Below are positions 60,593 through 64,000 of a stretch of DNA of 64,000 nucleotides, in pieces. The position numbers were made by a program, and so were the translations under genes. How positions within the stretch are numbered: position 1 is the first letter of the stretch; every line of letters starts with the position of its first letter. Origin of the DNA: an uncultured Bdellovibrionales bacterium (lineage in GTDB: Bacteria; Pseudomonadota; Alphaproteobacteria; Micavibrionales; GCA-2720935); NCBI GenBank assembly GCA_964351525.1, contig CAYGOD010000003.1:136121-200120 (forward strand), written 5' to 3'. The notes beneath the pieces are model-generated. The model worked only from the letters and a program-made list of their open reading frames with translations, was not told where the DNA came from and searched no databases.

Positions 60593-61996
60593 TTAAGATG
60601 CGTTATTTTTTTCTACAACGCCAATTTTATCAAACACGACAATATTACGCCCTGTATCTTTGGCCTCATATAGGGCATCATCGGCACGTTTGAGGGCTTC
60701 ATCTGCTGTTTCTGAGCCAGACTTAACAATGGCGCCACCAACAGATACGGTAACGGGTAAATATCCCTCATCCGTTGAGACCTTAAATGGTGCCTCAGCA
60801 CATATTTGACGCAAACGGTCAGAGACTTTCATTGCTATTTCTTGGGTAATATCAGGCAGCACGGCAACAAATTCTTCACCGCCCATACGTGCGAAAACAT
60901 CAAAACTACGCACCGCATTTGAAATACGTTCAGAAAATGTCTTCAAGACCTCATCACCAACATTGTGACCATGCGTGTCATTCACTGATTTAAAATGATC
61001 TAAATCAAACATCAAGACACATAAATCTTTGCCAGTACGCGCACTATTCGCCAACATTTTATCAAGGTGGGTCATGAGATAACGACGGTTAAATAATCCC
61101 GTCAATGTATCTGTAATCGCGAGGTTCAAATTCTGTTCGTAATTATTGCGCAATTGATCCTGATAGCGCTTGTAACGAATTTGGCTTCTGGTGCGCGCAG
61201 TTAGCTCGTTACGGTCAACGGGACGAACAATATAATCATGCGCGCCCATTTCCAATCCCTGCGCGGTGCGCTCAACATCTTGGGAATCGGCAACCATCAG
61301 AATCGGAACAGATCGTGTATTTTCGGCCGATCGCATGTAAGAACATAAACGCAGACCGTCTTCGCCTTGCAAATTCAAACTAATCATTAACATGTCGAAT
61401 TTTTCGGCTTTGGTTTTCTCAATCGCTTCCATGCCATTTTTAACAACGACAACGCTGTGGCCATCTGTGGCCAATGAATCAACAATTTTTTCACATTCGA
61501 AATCAATATCATTAACCAATAATATTTTGGCATTATCGAAGGGCAGTGACTTTACCCCGCCCTCATCATCACCAATACCAAATTGATTCGCTGTTTTTTC
61601 ACGTCCGCGCCATTCGTCAATCGTCATCTTAAAGCGCACCAACGATTTTACACGCGCAAACAAGGCAATATCATTAACGGGCTTACTGAGGAAATCATCA
61701 GCGCCCGCCTGTAACCCTTTAACACGGTCGGCAGTATCGGTGAGCGCCGTAACCATGACGACGGGAATATGTGCAGTTTCTGGATTATCTTTAATTTTTT
61801 GGCAGACTTCAAAACCATCCATGCCCGGCATCATCACATCCAATAAAACAATATCAGGGATGCTTTCGGCCATCTTATCAAGGGCCTCTTGACCGCTCTG
61901 TGCGGTGATAACTTCAAAATATTCACGCTTTAACTTGGCTTCTAACAATTTAATATTAGGCAAAATATCATCAACGACTAAAACACGTGCAGACAT
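60593..61996 (-). CDS. pleD: PleD-type response regulator/diguanylate cyclase
   Basis: Two REC domains (LLDVMMPG), TDTLTGLFNRRY, I-site RSFD, GGEEF; downstream of divK. Confidence 0.95.
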   Translation of the reverse strand: MSARVLVVDDILPNIKLLEAKLKREYFEVITAQSGQEALDKMAESIPDIVLLDVMMPGMDGFEVCQKIKDNPETAHIPVVMVTALTDTADRVKGLQAGADDFLSKPVNDIALFARVKSLVRFKMTIDEWRGREKTANQFGIGDDEGGVKSLPFDNAKILLVNDIDFECEKIVDSLATDGHSVVVVKNGMEAIEKTKAEKFDMLMISLNLQGEDGLRLCSYMRSAENTRSVPILMVADSQDVERTAQGLEMGAHDYIVRPVDRNELTARTRSQIRYKRYQDQLRNNYEQNLNLAITDTLTGLFNRRYLMTHLDKMLANSARTGKDLCVLMFDLDHFKSVNDTHGHNVGDEVLKTFSERISNAVRSFDVFARMGGEEFVAVLPDITQEIAMKVSDRLRQICAEAPFKVSTDEGYLPVTVSVGGAIVKSGSETADEALKRADDALYEAKDTGRNIVVFDKIGVVEKNNAS

Positions 61997-62025
61997 ACTA
62001 TAAAACTCCTTTAAACGCTTCTCGC

Positions 62026-62391
62026 TTAACCCAAATAACGCTTAACAACATCAAGAAAATGAACGACAGAAATAGGCTTTGAAATATAATCTTCACAGCC
62101 CCCCTCTCTTATTTTTTCTTCATCGCCCTTCATGGCAAAGGCAGTAACTGCAACAACGGGGATATGCTTTAATTCCGCGTCGGCCTTTAACCAAGCCGTC
62201 ACGTCCAACCCAGAGACTTCAGGTAACTGAATATCCATTAAGATAAGGTCTGGTTTTTCGGCGCGTGCCAATTCCAAAACGGTATGACCATCATCAGTGC
62301 CCAATGTTTCATAGCCATTAGCCTCAAGCAAGTCATTGAATAACTTCATATTAAGGGCGTTATCTTCAACGATAAGTACTTTTTTAGTCAT
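62026..62391 (-). CDS. divK: Single-domain cell-cycle response regulator DivK
   Basis: [55 protein letters not shown]. Confidence 0.95.
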   Translation of the reverse strand: MTKKVLIVEDNALNMKLFNDLLEANGYETLGTDDGHTVLELARAEKPDLILMDIQLPEVSGLDVTAWLKADAELKHIPVVAVTAFAMKGDEEKIREGGCEDYISKPISVVHFLDVVKRYLG

Positions 62392-62486
62392 GTTTTATGT
62401 CCGTTCGGATGTGGGATAGATATGATCAAATCCATGATTGAATAATAGATCATTACTATACTCTTATCTTTTATAAATTGGAATCA

Positions 62487-62501
62487 TTAAACAGTGATTA
62501 A
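62487..62501. promoter_or_regulatory. CtrA-binding box upstream of divK
   Basis: TTAA-ACAGTGA-TTAA, about 95 bp upstream of the divK start. Confidence 0.6.
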
Positions 62502-62541
62502 TATAGGAGGTTTTAAAAGCTTAATTTATTATGAAAATATA

Positions 62542-62570
62542 TTGACATAATGACCGTCGCGTGCTAAAAC
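62542..62570 (+). promoter_or_regulatory. Putative sigma70 promoter of the orphan pair
   Basis: TTGACA-17 bp-TAAAAC. Confidence 0.5.
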
Positions 62571-62603
62571 AGCCATATATTCTAAAACAGCTAAGGAACA
62601 GTT

Positions 62604-63092
62604 ATGACAGCACTAAGCACAGATTTTACAATCATAGGACTAGACCTAGAAACACAAAAAGATAAAGATGAAGATAGAAAACCTGTCTTGCTTATAGAAA
62701 GACCTGAGCGCGCCATCTTAAGCTATCGGGGACGCGCAAGCTTAGTTCATGTCGGATATTCTAAACCCACATCCAATGCATACTATACCAGAAATAATAT
62801 CATCTTTGATTTTGCCACGATGGAAATATCTCACGCACAATCTGTAAGATATGATAACAGCGCCATGGAAATTTTACAGCAATATGTACCCTATGAAAAT
62901 TTAAGCCCTATCTCAAAAGCCGAATTTCATAAAATCGCCGATGCCGTTATCAAGCATTATAAAGAAGAACATAATATTGCAGACTTCAAAATGCCACCGC
63001 GCTATGAAGAGATACGTAAAGCGTGGGATAAGACACGTGAAAATATCCAAAGCAGCCTAGCGTCAAGATCGCCCGGATTAAACTTAGCATAA
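62604..63092 (+). CDS. Hypothetical protein, tandem paralogue A
   Basis: Shares FDF..ME, EFH..AD.VI..YKE, F.MP..Y...RK.WD with the next gene; AAGGA RBS. Confidence 0.75.
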   Translation: MTALSTDFTIIGLDLETQKDKDEDRKPVLLIERPERAILSYRGRASLVHVGYSKPTSNAYYTRNNIIFDFATMEISHAQSVRYDNSAMEILQQYVPYENLSPISKAEFHKIADAVIKHYKEEHNIADFKMPPRYEEIRKAWDKTRENIQSSLASRSPGLNLA

Positions 63093-63121
63093 GATATTAT
63101 AATTACAGGAACTGTCACCAA

Positions 63122-63601
63122 ATGTCAGAGCAAAAAATAGTATTTAATACCCAAAGCTTAAAGCACGATAATAATTACATCGCGAAAAAGCTTTTAATTG
63201 ATAACGTATCCCGCGTTATTACAACAGAAGTTATAAACAATATAGTTGAGAGCGCTGAAACAACAACGCAAATAAATATTTATGATTTTACATCTATGGA
63301 GCGAACATCAAGTGAAGCTAGCTATATTATATATAGTGGATGGGAGAAAGGTGGCGCTACAATCCACGAAACCGCCCAACAAATAAAATATTATGATGAG
63401 CTATTACCCGATTCACAGTCAGAATTTCATACCGTTGCCGATGAAGTGATTAAATATTACAAAGAAAAATGTGGAATGAATAACTTTCAGATGCCAAAAG
63501 CTTATCAAGCCGTCCGCAAGGAATGGGATGAAGCCCAGACAAAAATAGATACTCAAGCATTAAAGACAAAGCCGAACAGAGGTAGAACTTTACAAGCGTA
63601 A
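63122..63601 (+). CDS. Hypothetical protein, tandem paralogue B
   Basis: Same motifs as paralogue A; AGGA RBS. Confidence 0.75.
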   Translation: MSEQKIVFNTQSLKHDNNYIAKKLLIDNVSRVITTEVINNIVESAETTTQINIYDFTSMERTSSEASYIIYSGWEKGGATIHETAQQIKYYDELLPDSQSEFHTVADEVIKYYKEKCGMNNFQMPKAYQAVRKEWDEAQTKIDTQALKTKPNRGRTLQA

Positions 63602-63607
63602 ACTGAT

Positions 63608-64000
63608 CTATCTTACAGACCTCAACTTCTTAATTGCCAAACGCATCGAAAAGTCTTTGTAATCAATCAACATTTCATCAACGATCCCGTTTTTATAAAG
63701 ACGCATTGTCATTTCATAGTCGCTGGCGAATTCATTATTATTTTGTCCACGCGGGAAAAATGCATATCTGACAGACCATGATGGGACATCCAACAAAGAT
63801 GCATCAATGTCATCACCAACAAAATCACTTTGTCTCTTGTTGGGCGTTATAAACACAGAAACATCAACAGGCCCTTCGGCGTCACTGCCGTCAAATAGGA
63901 TTGTTGGCATAAATTTACGCCCCATATGTGCGGACTCAATAATTGCTTCGGTATGGGCGTTGGGGAACATGTTTTTCTCTGACACATCAAAGTTTAATGC
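63608..64000 (-). CDS. EipB/DUF1849-family envelope protein, C-terminal part; gene starts beyond the window
   Basis: Frame is open to the window edge; FPNAHT, LFDGSD, SWSVRYAFF, YEMTMRLYKNGIVDEMLIDYKDF. Confidence 0.75.
   Translation of the reverse strand, partial: ALNFDVSEKNMFPNAHTEAIIESAHMGRKFMPTILFDGSDAEGPVDVSVFITPNKRQSDFVGDDIDASLLDVPSWSVRYAFFPRGQNNNEFASDYEMTMRLYKNGIVDEMLIDYKDFSMRLAIKKLRSVR

Overview
Gene-dense chromosomal window from an Alphaproteobacterium. Lineage evidence: permuted two-piece tmRNA beside alpha-type sspB, divK-pleD, EipB, and thyA-folA..hflKC-degQ-serB-miaA synteny. A Micavibrio/Rhodospirillales-like lineage is my inference. The backbone is housekeeping: uvrD, tsaB/rimI, nfu, trpS, murJ, PBP1A, mutM, rpsT, dnaA-dnaN-recF-gyrB, tRNA-Thr, miaA, serB, degQ, hflKC, mrp, folA, thyA, ssrA, sspB, rpmI-rplT-pheS-pheT, rpmG, pleD-divK. 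The most notable element is a stand-alone Dot/Icm (type IVB) coupling module: icmP/dotM, an unknown membrane protein, then icmO/dotL. Its DotL has a roughly 300-aa acidic tail carrying four S-W-x-D/x-[FL] repeats. Scattered through the backbone are signal-peptide-less orphan or degenerate-enzyme genes, most ending in basic C-terminal tails: an RNase J-like protein, a CbbX/SpoVK-like ATPase with an altered Walker A, an orphan splitting pheS-pheT, and a tandem paralogue pair. These are hypothesised secretion substrates. Other observations: a degenerate CobT-like protein, a G8-frameshifted VOC gene, paired Fur/IRO-like boxes, exact CtrA boxes, and a terminator-like hairpin inside recF. No CRISPR array, transposase or integrase was seen. 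All family assignments come from motif recognition by eye; no searches were run.
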